Assembly: GCF_030684315.1 (NCBI RefSeq) | Contig: NC_081391.1 | Span: 13,307,342 to 13,371,341 of the forward strand | DNA length: 64,000 bases | Source of the DNA: Stegostoma tigrinum | Lineage: Eukaryota | Direction: 5' to 3' | In this document: positions 51,033-62,602 of the stretch, piece after piece | Numbering within the stretch: position 1 is the stretch's first letter | How the letters are laid out: the number at the start of each line of letters is the position of its first letter | Notes under the pieces: model-generated | Database searches by the model: none | What the model was told of the DNA's origin: nothing | Seen by the model: only the letters and a program-made list of their open reading frames with translations | Made by a program: the position numbers and the translations under genes

Positions 51033-53057
51033 TGTGGCCTGGAGTACTGTCTGCTTGGTCTGAATGCATTCCCCACTTCACCCTGGGCAATCTGGCTCCA
51101 TCCAGGGAGAAGGGACTTGTAGCAAACAATGTAATGGCTGTACCAGCTGAATGGGAATGAATCAAATGTATTGATGTTGCTTATTGTCCATCATTGAGAC
51201 CCTTGATATTAAAGAGCTTTTGAGAGCTTCAAGCCTGTAATTTTGGCTAATGAAATTATCAATAATTTGACAAAATATTTCCCTGGTCTTCTCTCCAACA
51301 CACCCCCGCCTCAGTCTCGGAAATCCCGAGGAACTTCCTCTGTTATGAATCAAAGTTATTCCTCCAGCCAGAGCATGAGGTTGGGGCCTGTGGGGTGTAA
51401 AATCACTTTGTACTATTATCTCACACCCAGGAATGATGAATACACGTGCAGCTAAAATTTTGTATTGTTTTCAAAAGAGAAAACACGCCTGCATGTGCAA
51501 AAGAAAGACTTGACACCCACTTTCAGAGAAACAGGGCTGTTGGATGCTTATTTTCATGTCTAGCTTGCATAGCAATAGCTTCCCTGTCAACCTCCACCAA
51601 CCTAGACTGATGCTAAAGTCAACTGAAATCACAAGTTGATGCCAACATAAATTATGTGCTGGCTGGCTCAGCTTTCCTCAACAAGAGCTTAAGGGAAGAG
51701 ATCCATCAGCGACCCCCTCTCTAGCCTTGTGGAGGAGCCAGCAATGCTGGGAGCAATAATATTAAACTTAGCAACTGGGATCTGCCACACCTGGTCTATT
51801 CTACTCCAATCATTTTTATTACTTTGTGCTGAGAGTGCATCCGAGAACTTGAGGTTGGGGCCTGTGGGCAGGAAAATCACTTTTTGCTATTATCTCACAG
51901 CACGTACAATGAATACACATGCAGTTAAGATTCTCGGTGAGCCAGTTGAGGTTCAAGCCAAGACCAGCCGTGTGCCCTGCTGACCACCGCCACCAACTGC
52001 CTGCCTCAGGACAGCCATCAGCAGTTGCTCACAGTGACCAGTTCATTTGTTCCTTCGCCTGAGGAATATGTGCTGCTCTCCCCGGGGATGTGGATTAAAT
52101 ACCCATTGTAGCTCGACAAGAGAATTCACACGGGGTGAACCGTTTCCCATGAGTAATCCAAAGCTGTCCTAATGTGGCTTTGCTCAGTTTACTTCCTTGC
52201 TCTCTGCCAAGTCTTGGTCAAAAACCCCACCACGCCTAGTAATAAACTTCAGGCCGGCCAGCCCAGAGCTGGGAATATTCAGCCCAAGTCTGCTTGAAAA
52301 AATTCACCTGAGCTGGATGCACTTAATGGCACCTACAGCAGGATAATAGTGACCTGGGAATAACACAGCAACGCTCCTGGTTAAATGCTGCCATTTGATT
52401 GGCTCTTGCTGCTAAAGCCAGCATTGAGCCCACTAAGCTGCTCCCTTGGTTCCTCTGAGCTTCCCCCACGGGGAGGGTTACTCCTGATGCAGGTTGATTT
52501 CACCCGATCACATTGAAGGAGCAGTGTGACTCAGGGAGGAGAACTGGAGATGCTGACTTTCCTGAATGGCTGCTTCCTTTATCTTTCGAGGTGTCAGAGA
52601 TCGTGGTTTAGGGTGGGGGCTGTCAGAGACATCCTGGGGAATGTTTCAGGGAGTTTTGTAGCGAGTGCACACTGCAGCCTTCACTGAGGTGTGGGTCTTT
52701 AAGGCACTGAATGTATTTGTTCCACCACATAAAGTGTTTTATTTTAAACAATCTTGAGTCTTGGCTGTAGAATCTGTGAATCCGTGCAGTGCAGGAAGAG
52801 TTTGTTCAGCCCATTTAGTCTGCACTGATCCTCTGTCCTCTGAACAGCATCTTGTTCAGACACACCCTGTCTTCTTGCCCCCATCTTTCTATCCCACAGC
52901 CATTGCAAAGTAAACTGCATGTCTCTGGACTGTGGGAGGAAAGGAACCCACACAGACACGGGGACGATGTGCAGCCTCGTCAGAGTCGCCCATGACTGAA
53001 AGTAACAAAAACAGGAGCAGGTGGTGAGAAAAGTAAAGCAAGCTTTTCCTTTATAAG

Positions 53058-56000
53058 ATGAGTTCCCAGATCAGTCAGAACTGTCACCAGGATTGTGAAG
53101 CTGCTGTCAAAAGGCAGATTAATGTGGAGCTCACTGCCTCCTATCTCTATCAGTCTTTGGTGAGTGCTGTCCCTGTGGGGTTAAAACTTGATCTATGATG
53201 TTGAAGTAAATGGTTTCTCTTGAATTTAATTAACTGGACCCTCTCTCTTTGTAGATTGAGTTTTGTAGTCCTTTCCTAAATATTAATTCAGGATAAGGGC
53301 AATGTTACTATACCAATGGAGTTTGATAATGATGTACTCTGAAGCTGGGTCCCAGTTGGGCTTCAGAGATATGTGGAGGATGAAGTGTCCCTGGAGAAAT
53401 TTGCCAGTTTGGTGTTTGAATTGGCAGTAGATGTCATTCCCTCTAAGATTACCAAATGTTGGTAGGGTTACTTCAGAAAGGTATTATATTGATCAGACTG
53501 TGGGACTAGAATCACCCACTGGCTAGTTACCCTCTTTCTGACAGGTTTAAGTATCTGATTTTATATTTGCTTGCTTTTGTGGTGATACTTAAATATCAAT
53601 TCTGATATTGACAATGATAATTCCCTATTGCAGTCTGCTGTGGCTAATCCGAGCAAACCTACTTGAGGTTAGGCTGTGAGTGACTGGTATCTGACTTTTT
53701 AAAGTAGATCTCAGATGAGGCCTGCTTGGCATTTTGCACTCTCATCATGAGATGGGTGTGGCCTATCCCTGAACCTGTAGAAAGTTGATCTGCTTTAGTG
53801 TGTGGCGTGTTGAAGCTTCTGCAAACCATGTTTGCCTCCTGCCCCCTCACCCACACCCTGCATCCCCTCGAGCTGCTGGAGTCTGAGATTCATGGTCCAG
53901 TCTCTATGCCATCCTGATAGGGAACAAACTGTCCCCTTTAGCCAGGTGGCAGTGAACCTGTAACTTTCCAATGGGTAGAATGTTTCAGACAGTAGGAACA
54001 GCGGATGCTGGAGAATCTGAGATAACAAGGTGCAGAGCTGAATGAACACAGCAGGCCAAGCAGCATCAGAGGAGCAGGAAGGCTGATGTCTTGGGGCATG
54101 ACCCTTCTGAAGGTGGGCCTAGGCCCAAAACAGCAGCCTTCCTGCTCCTCTGCTTGGCCTGATGTGTTCATCCAGCTCTACATCATCGTATCTCAAGGGG
54201 TAGAATGTGTTTGGAAGGTGTGTGTTGAAGTAACCTTGGTGAGTGCTGCAGGGGACCTGGTAGATAATGGACCCTGAAAGGAGGTGGTGAATGCAGTCCC
54301 CATGAAGTGGGCTGCTCTGTCCTGGATGGTGTCTGCATCTTGAATGTTGTAGCTCCACCTCCACAGACACATGGAGAATCTTCTTCACTCTCAGCTTTTG
54401 TCTGTTAGAAAGAAGATGCCTCATGACAGATGGATGAAGCCCGTATAAACTCCATTTGGGAGGTGGGTACAGCTTTCATTGGTGAGCCAGTTGACGGGTT
54501 TTAATTACTGACCAGGGTCCCAATTCCCTTGGGGAACACGTGTGCCAATTATAAAATCCTTCCTATTCTCTCCTGCCACAGCTTGTTCCTACCCCGTTAA
54601 ACAGACAAGAAATTTTGTTTGACTGCTTCTACATGAAGACAATAACTTCCCACCAGGCTTCCTCGACAACAAAACTCTTAGCTCCTGTTTCAAATATCAG
54701 AAGAATAGCCCTTCATAAACCTCAAGGCATTGGATTGTGAATATCTCGGTTCGGAAGTGAGTCACATGTGGGTGGACAAACAACAGAACGGTGCCAGCTG
54801 GGATAAGCCAAACTTTGTTGTCCAGCTTTGTGTTAACTAGTGACGTTAGATCAGCCATTATCTGTAGATACAGGTCACATTGGTTCTTTCTCTCCAATAT
54901 TTGACCTTCCCTCAGTTTGATTCAATTTGTTTTGTTCATGTGACCCTTGTTCTCCCCCTTCTGGATGTGAGTGCACTAATTTTAGTGTGCTATAAACTAT
55001 AACTGCAACAATCCAGAGGCAGTTACTGGGTAGGTTTTCCTTTGCACTATCTTGTTGTCGCTTTCTCTCATTCGCCTCTATTATATCTTGTAGTCATAAA
55101 ATATACCGTACATTCAATCTCCCTGGTTTTGAGGCCACAGAAACCTTGCTTCTTCCTGGTTATATTGTTACAGCAGTGTCTAACATGTATTTCCATGCCA
55201 GCCCCAAAGGAGCAATAGTGTTGCAGCTCCGCTACTCAAGTATAGCCTGCACTCCAGCTCCTGGTGCTTGTTTCAGCTGTTTTTTAGGCTCTAAATTTGT
55301 CCAATTCAAATGAAGGTTAGTGAGTGCAAACATGGCTGGATACAAGAAGAGCTATAATGCTGTGCCAGGCAGCCTGAGCAATTTACTGTTTGTTTTAAGC
55401 CAAACTTTTGCCAGTTTCCAACAGGAAATTGGGATTGTTCTGTTTGATCCCAGTTGAAGGATCTGCTGGACAGCTGGACATCATTGGGTTCTCAAACATG
55501 TTCACATACCAGGCAGTTAGTTTGCTGCAGAAGGCTGAACTAGAATTTGGAGTCAGTGCTGTGTTTAATGGGCTTTAACATGTTATCTCCCTTCCAGATG
55601 TCCTACTTTGACCGGGATGATGTGGCCCTCCCCCACTTCTCCAGGTTCTTCAAAGATCAGTCCCGGGAGAAGCAGGAACATGCAGAGAAGCTGCTGAAAT
55701 TCCAGAATCAGCGTGGAGGCCGAGTCCTCCTCCAGGATGTGAAGGTTGGAGTTGGGTGGGAGGGTTGCAGCTGTGGAGGAGAGAATGGCAGCTCTTGTGG
55801 TGCTGCGTCCTGTTGGGATGTGAAAATCCTCTTTTGGCCTGGCTTCCCTGTTTGATTTCTTTTGAAGGCAGTTTCTAAACAAGCCCTATTGTCCACCGTG
55901 TCTATGCTGCCCACAAACATCAAACTACATTAACACAATTTCCTGCACTTAGTCCACAGCCGACTATCTTCTGGCATGAAGAAGTTGTTGAGATTAGGCT

Positions 56001-57788
56001 TCAATGTTGCTGGAGTAACTGCCTCCACTGACCCCTCAGGTAATGCATCCCATACCTCTCCCACCCTCCATTGGGTGGGTGGGTCCTCCAATCTCCTCAA
56101 ACCTGTGCCATCTGGTCTTCATGTCTGCCATGGGGACTGTGTATTGTCCATCCTCCCTGATCTTCCACACTTCCATCAGATCACCATCCCAGGCTATCCA
56201 ACCTCCCTCTCATCATTGTATTTTTGTTGTCTTTTTTTGCTTCCATCTTGGGCCAACATCCTGATGACCCTCACCTGTACCCCCTGCAGTGCCACCTTGT
56301 CCCTCTGATGGTGGTTCTGGTCACCACACTACATTCCATCTTTGGTCTGGCCAATGCTGCCATGTTTGTGGCAAGACTCATCCTTTCTACTGAGCCCCAA
56401 ATCATGGAGACCAGCATCATGTCAGCCCCTTCCCCACTCTGTCTACCTTTGCTGAACCTTGAGGGATGGACTTGGGCATTTGTTGCTTGTCCCTTTTACT
56501 GTAAGCACATTGCTCCCTTCAATGAATTAAATAGTAGTGATGTCTGATCATCCTGCTCAGACATGGATGAAGCCACCAGCACAGGTGAGACATAGATGCC
56601 TGGCCTGCAAGGTGCAGATTGGTACTCTACCTCAAGAGCCCTTGAGACTAAGGTGTCAATGTCCTGATCTAAACGCCAAATGGGCACTGGTGCAAACAGT
56701 TGAACTTTGTGTGAAATAAATCCCTAGCCCACAATGACTTCATGCTTCAGATCAAGGATAAATGGAGCAAAGTGAAGTCACTTCACAAGTAATGAATGTG
56801 GGTTTTAGGGGTGGCACAGTTGCTCAGTGCCAGGGACACAGGTTTAGCTCTGGCCTCTGATGACTGGTGCTTACATGTTCAGGTTTCTTCCTACAGTCCA
56901 AATATGGGCAGGCTGGGTGAAGTAGCCATGGGGGAATTGCAGTGCGAATGGCTCAGGTAAATCTGAGATCTTCTTCAGAAGGTTGATTGCAGACTCAATG
57001 GGCTGAATGGCCTGCTCCCATGCTGCGGCGAGTCTCTGATTCTGAAGCTTAACTGTTCCTGTTTCCATCCTCAGAAGCCTGAGAGGGATGAGTGGGGTAA
57101 CAGTCTGCAGGCAATGCAGGTTGCCCTGGATGTGGAGAAGAATGTGAACCAGAGTTTGCTGGATCTACACCAACTCGCCACAGCCCAGACTGACCCTCAT
57201 GCAAGCTTCACCTCTTCATTCTCATCACTGCCATGCCTCCTCAACTTCATTGGTTGGTCTTTGTGGAGTGGAAATTCGCAGACGTAACTTTGTCCAGATG
57301 CTACATTGTACCTTTGTCATCATAATTATGATGACAATGTTAAACTGCTCAACACCGAACTGAAATAGGAATTTGGATTACAGTCTAGTGGGAATGCTGA
57401 TGTGATTTTTGGCTGCTGAATTGGGGATTGTTGCACTATACAATACAACTTGGAGATCTTTAAGAAGGTGAGATGAAGCAGCTGAAATGTCCTCACTGGC
57501 ACAAATTCTCCACCTGTTAGCTAGATTTTCAGGGATGTCTAGAACTAGCTATGGCTCAGTCTTTTTCAGTAGGAATTGTGAAGTTGTCTTGGATAGTATA
57601 AATGTACCAAGTGTCATATTCCTCTGTTGCAGCTGTGTGACTTCCTGGAGACTCACTATTTGGATGAGGAGGTGGAGATCATCAAGCAACTCGGGGACTA
57701 CATCACCAACCTGAAGCGCCTGGGAGCCCCTGAGAATGGGATGGGAGAGTACCTGTTTGACAGGCTCTCCCTGGAGGACAGCAGTTAG
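53058..57788 (+). pseudogene. Ferritin copy 7 (lineage E): open frame but promoter deleted and GC donor; exons 53058-53159, 55598-55744, 57075-57200, 57633-57788
   Basis: Exons are in frame ([20 protein letters not shown]...), but only ~38 nt of the paralogous 5' UTR remain upstream with no DR1/CCAAT/TATA; intron-3 donor is CAT|GCAAGC instead of CAT|GTAAGC. Functional status uncertain. Confidence 0.6.
53984..54193. mobile_element. Short Penelope-derived inverted-repeat insertion in intron 1 of copy 7
   Basis: Inverted arms (~54019-54106 / ~54108-54194) homologous to 31538-31625; flanked by CAATGGGTAGAATGT (53969-53983) and CAAGGGGTAGAATGT (54194-54208), a site that is single in the paralogs. 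Confidence 0.75.
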
Positions 57789-59717
57789 TGTGGCCTGGAG
57801 TACTGTCTGCTTGTTCTGAATGCATTCCCCACTTCACCCTGGGCAACCCGTCTCCTTCCAGGGAGAAGAGGCTTGTAGCAAAGAATAATGGCTGTACCAG
57901 CTGAATGCAAATGAATAAAATCATTTATGATCTTGCTTATTGTCCATCATTCAGAGCACTGGATATTTTGGGAAATGTCTTATTGAGCTTGAAGGCAGTT
58001 CTCTTTCTGTAATTTGGCTGACCCAATTACTAATTGGACATGAAAACAACCTTTCAATGGATGTATTTACTCACTCTCGATCATTGCACAGTAACTAGAC
58101 GGACTTCCTTTTTCTCATGACACAGGAGACTCGAGACTTTCCCCTCTAAGTAGGATGAGGTTGGTGTTTCCCCAATTGTGGGGTGGAAAATCTTCCAGAG
58201 GTCAATTAGTACACTTCTGGATACTCTAGGTTCAATTGTCGATCAGAACTTGTCTTCCTTTTTGAGACAGGAAGTTCCCGTACCTGCTCGAAGGGATAAA
58301 CCAGACGCCCATTCCATAGGATGTGGGATATCTACGTTCAATGCCAGGTTTCCCTTCCTGCAGCCTCCCCTCAGTCACCACGAGCAATGAGATTTGTCAC
58401 TCGGACGATAATCTAATGGGAAGACAAGTCTGTGATTTGGAGGCTGGATCAGTTGACAAAATGCTGGCGGAAGTAGATATATCAAGTTCTGCTCTAAATC
58501 CAGTTGCAGGAACCAGCTAAGTTAGGAAAGACACAGGCTTGACTCATCTGGTGTAACCTCCCCAGTGAGGCCCTACCATGACCAGTATTTTCTATTCTCA
58601 GCATTGTTGTTTTTGGTCTCCTGTGGATGTAGCCTAGGGATCTTGGAGCCGGTTATGGATCAAAGCAGGACCAGCACTGGAGGCCTGTGACCTTCTCTTT
58701 CTCCCCATCTCTTGTTCCAGCCAACTGCAGTTGCACCCCCTACCCGGTTAAATCCCTCTTGACATTTCTGAGGGAGGGTGGCTGGACTCACTGTGGGTTG
58801 GCTTTTTCATTCCTCCATCTGAGTAACATAGACCGCTCCATCTTTGCTCAAGAAGGAGTCAGTTCACACTGGGGCTGAGCTTTTCCCAAGAGCAATCCAA
58901 AATTGTCTTTACTGTGGCATCCTCCCCTTCTTCCTCCTCCTTTCTCCACCACACCCCACTTCTCTCCCAGCATTCACTCCAACAAGCTGCCCAGCCCAGA
59001 TCTGGGAAAATTCAGCCCAACCGTTCACAGAAGCCACTTACCAAGAGGTCAGATGGAATTCCCCTGATCTGTATGGGATTCCAATGTCTGCTCTCGATGC
59101 TAACAACAAGAAGTTTTAGTTTTTGCTGTAGAATACCTCAATGCGGGCAGATGCCATTCAGCTCATTAAATTTGTAATGACCTACTGAGCAACCTCCTGC
59201 TCAGGGACACCCTATTCCCTTAATCCCACATTTCCCATGGCTAATCTAACAAATCCGAATGCCCCTTGTCACTGTCAGCAATTATCTTTGCCAATCGACC
59301 TAATCTGCAGGCCACTGGATTAGGGGAGGGAGTCGGAGCAGATGGTGGAAACCCATGCAGACACAGGGAGAATGTGCAAACTCCACTCATGTTGCCAAAG
59401 GCTCGAATTGAACCAGAGTCCCTGTGGCTGTGACGTATCAGTGCTCACCACTGAGCCCCCATCACGCCCAAAAGTACCAAACAAAAGGGGGAGGCAGTTG
59501 CACAGTCATCAAGTCGTACATCATGGAAATAGACTCTTCTGCCCACACAGTCCCTACACACCAGGTTTCCAAAACTCTGTAGTGCCATTTGGCCCATCTT
59601 CCTCGAAGCCATTCCTTCCCCCATAAGTGTCCAAATGTCTTATCAAAGTGGTAATTATACGTCTATTTTATTCTCATTTTCAGCTTGATAAACTTATACA
59701 ATTTGTTCTTGCACAGG

Positions 59718-59900
59718 AGGTCAAAGGTCATTCAGCAATTCCATCATCCACCAGTTGTCAATTCTGGTTTCTGGATCCAATTCCCATCCTGCACTGATTG
59801 GACGTGGCAACTGATCAATTGATTAACAAGAGTGATTGGCCATCACTGATGATGTCATTTCCTGCTCAAAAAATGAGGGTCTTCTCCTGGAGTATAAATA
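59718..59900 (+). promoter_or_regulatory. Core promoter of copy 8 (DR1, two CCAAT, TATA)
   Basis: AGGTCAAAGGTCA 59718-59730; TATAAATA 59893-59900. Confidence 0.7.
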
Positions 59901-59995
59901 GAGCCCAATGGCATTGCTATTTTAGGTGTAGCTGATTTTCTTTCTATATTTATAATTTGGTTTTGTTGGATAAGGAAAGCTGTTTCTATCACAAA

Positions 59996-62602
59996 ATGGC
60001 CTCCCAGATCAGTCAGAACTATCACCAGGATTGTGAAGCTGCTGTCAACAAGCAGATTAATGTGGAGCTCACTGCCTCCTATCTCTATCAGTCTTTGGTG
60101 AGTGCTGTCCCTGTGGGGTTGGAGTTACTTCTGTTATGAAGTGAACTGTTTTTTTTTAAAACAAACTAGATTAATACTCTTGTATAATAAAATGTGAGGC
60201 TGGATGAACACAACCAGGCCAAGCAGCATCTCAGGAGCACACATTTAGCTTTTGTGCTCCTGAGATGCTGCTTGGCCTGCTGTGTTCATCCAGCCTCACA
60301 TTTTATTATCTTGGAATTCTCCAGCATCTGCAGTTCCCATTATCTTTAACACTCTTGTAGACTTGTTTGTTTTTTTTGTATCTCTCTTAGCTATTTCTTG
60401 ATTCAGCGTAAATGTGGTGATAATGGGATATGATACTGATATGCAGCAACTGAGGCCCCAGTTGTCTCAATGATATATGGAGGGTGAAGCATCTTGTGAT
60501 TTATCTTAGAATTCCTTTTAGGGCTGTGATTGCCTATAACTGGCTGTGGCTCTCCATAATTTTCTAAACTACTGTCAAGCTTTGATCCAGATAACCATTG
60601 GCTAACTACCTTTTTAAATCTGCCTTGATGTATCTGCTTTAGTTTTGTGCATGTAAATAAACAAACATACTGGTTTTGGTATTTACAATAAGGTGTTGTA
60701 GTAATTTGACAAATCAGATTTTTTTAAGCTGAACTGAAGTCCTTGAGGTTAGACAAGCTGCTCCCTGCTTAAGTAGGTCTCCAATATTATTTTGGCTTTC
60801 TGTGCTCTATATAATGAAGTGGGTTTGATCCATCACTTAACAACCTATAGAAAGTTGACTTGTTATAGGTGCCTGCCCCCCCTGACCCCCCCCCCCCCCC
60901 CCCCCCCAAAGGGGGCTGCTGGAACATGCTGAGGCTATTGACCCAGAGGTGAAGAAATAAATGTTCTTCCTTTACCATTTAACCAGATAAAGAAACAAAC
61001 TGGCTCCTCCCACCATGTGGTGGTGCCCCTGTGCCCTTCCAAGGAGTAGAATGTGTTCAGAAGGTGTTGAGGTCCCCTTGGTGAGTGCTGCAGGGGACCT
61101 GGTAGATAATGGACCCTGAAAGGAGGTGGTGAATGCAGTCCCCACGAAGTGGGCTGCTCTGTCCTGGATGGTGTCTGCTTCTTGCACGTTGCAGCTCCAC
61201 TTCTCCAGACACATGGAGAATATTCATCACTCTCTGGGCTTGTGCCTATTGGAAGGAAGTCCTATCTAGGGACATGAGGATAAAGTCCCTATAACTACCT
61301 TTTTGGGAGGTGGGAGTAGCTTTAACTAGTGAACCAATTGTTGGGTTTTAGTCACTGACCACTGTCCCAACTCAATAGGGAATCTTGTGTGCTGATAATA
61401 AAATCCCCACTATTCTACACCTTCTACAACTTAACTACCCATTTAAACTACTTTTTCAACTTTTAGTTTGTATTTGAGGATCAAACTAACCTCTCACCAG
61501 GATTCTACCAAAGAACAACTTCTTCTTTTGATGTCAATAGACTATTCCTAATCAGCAGTAACTTGTTGGATTGTGAATCTCAGTTGACAAGTGAGTGAAA
61601 TGAGTGGGGAAAACAATAGTTTAGCCTCTTGGAATAAGCTAAATTGAGCTCTCCAGCTTTGAACAAGTCAATCTATAGGTCATACAGTCCTGCAGATACC
61701 ATTAGGTCTCCTGAACATTTGATCTTGTTTCAGTTGTGAATTTTAATGCTTTGCTTTGCAAGCTTCTGGCAACCTGAGTGCATGGCATAAACAAATGTGA
61801 CAAACTATTGCTGCAACAAGCCAAAGGCTGTCACTGGGCAGGCTCTCCTTTAGCACCAAGATTCTCCTAATCGCCCTCATTCTCCTGCATACTGCAAACA
61901 GCATCTCTTGTAGAGCTGCTTTATGTAAAAAAAAAAATACAGTACATCTGATCCAATTGGTTGCAGAAGACCTGTACCTACTAGCTATATTAATGTCCAG
62001 CATCTGCATGCTACTCTAGCACCAGGGGAGACATGTAATGACTTGAAGTTGCCTGACCCTGTGCACATCCTGCATTCCAGCTCCTGGCACTTGTTTAAAC
62101 CCTATTCAGTTACCACTTCCATCCAGTTCTGGAGGCTGGATGGCAGAAATGTGCTTTCAGCTTTTCTGTCTAGGCTGTGCCAGACCCACACGCCCAAACA
62201 ATTCAGCAGGGTTTACAAACCAAAACACTGAATTTGCATCTTACATGGAAGAAGCTGGGGTTGTTTGGCTTCCTCCAATTAAAGGAGCTGCTGGCTAATT
62301 TTGTAACACCATTAGTGAACATTGTAAGGTGTCAACAATTTTCAGCTGATTGAATCATTAGTTTGCTTTAGACTAAACCAGTCCTCCAGTTCTGAGCATG
62401 AGAAATGAGGTCAATCATGTGTTTAATGGGCTTTAACATGTTATCTCCCTTCTAGATGTCGTACTTTGACCGGGATGTTGTTGCCCTCGCCCATGTCTCC
62501 CGGTTCTTCAAACATCAGTCCCAGGAGAAGCAGGAACATGCAGAGAAGCTGCTGAAATTCCAGAATCAGCGTGGAGGCAGAGTCCTCCTCCAGGATGTGA
62601 AG
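59996..62602 (+). CDS. Ferritin copy 8 (lineage A), partial: exons 59996-60097 and 62456-62602; exons 3-4 lie beyond the window
   Basis: Both exons in frame with GT-AG; introns closely match copy 1; private DRDVV. Confidence 0.85.
60185..60345. mobile_element. 161-bp Penelope-derived palindromic insertion with 14-bp target duplication in intron 1 of copy 8
   Basis: Arms 60184-60241 and 60253-60309 are near-perfect reverse complements; flanked by TTAATACTCTTGTA (60171-60184) and TTAACACTCTTGTA (60346-60359); empty site in copy 1 at 3377-3390. Confidence 0.85.
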
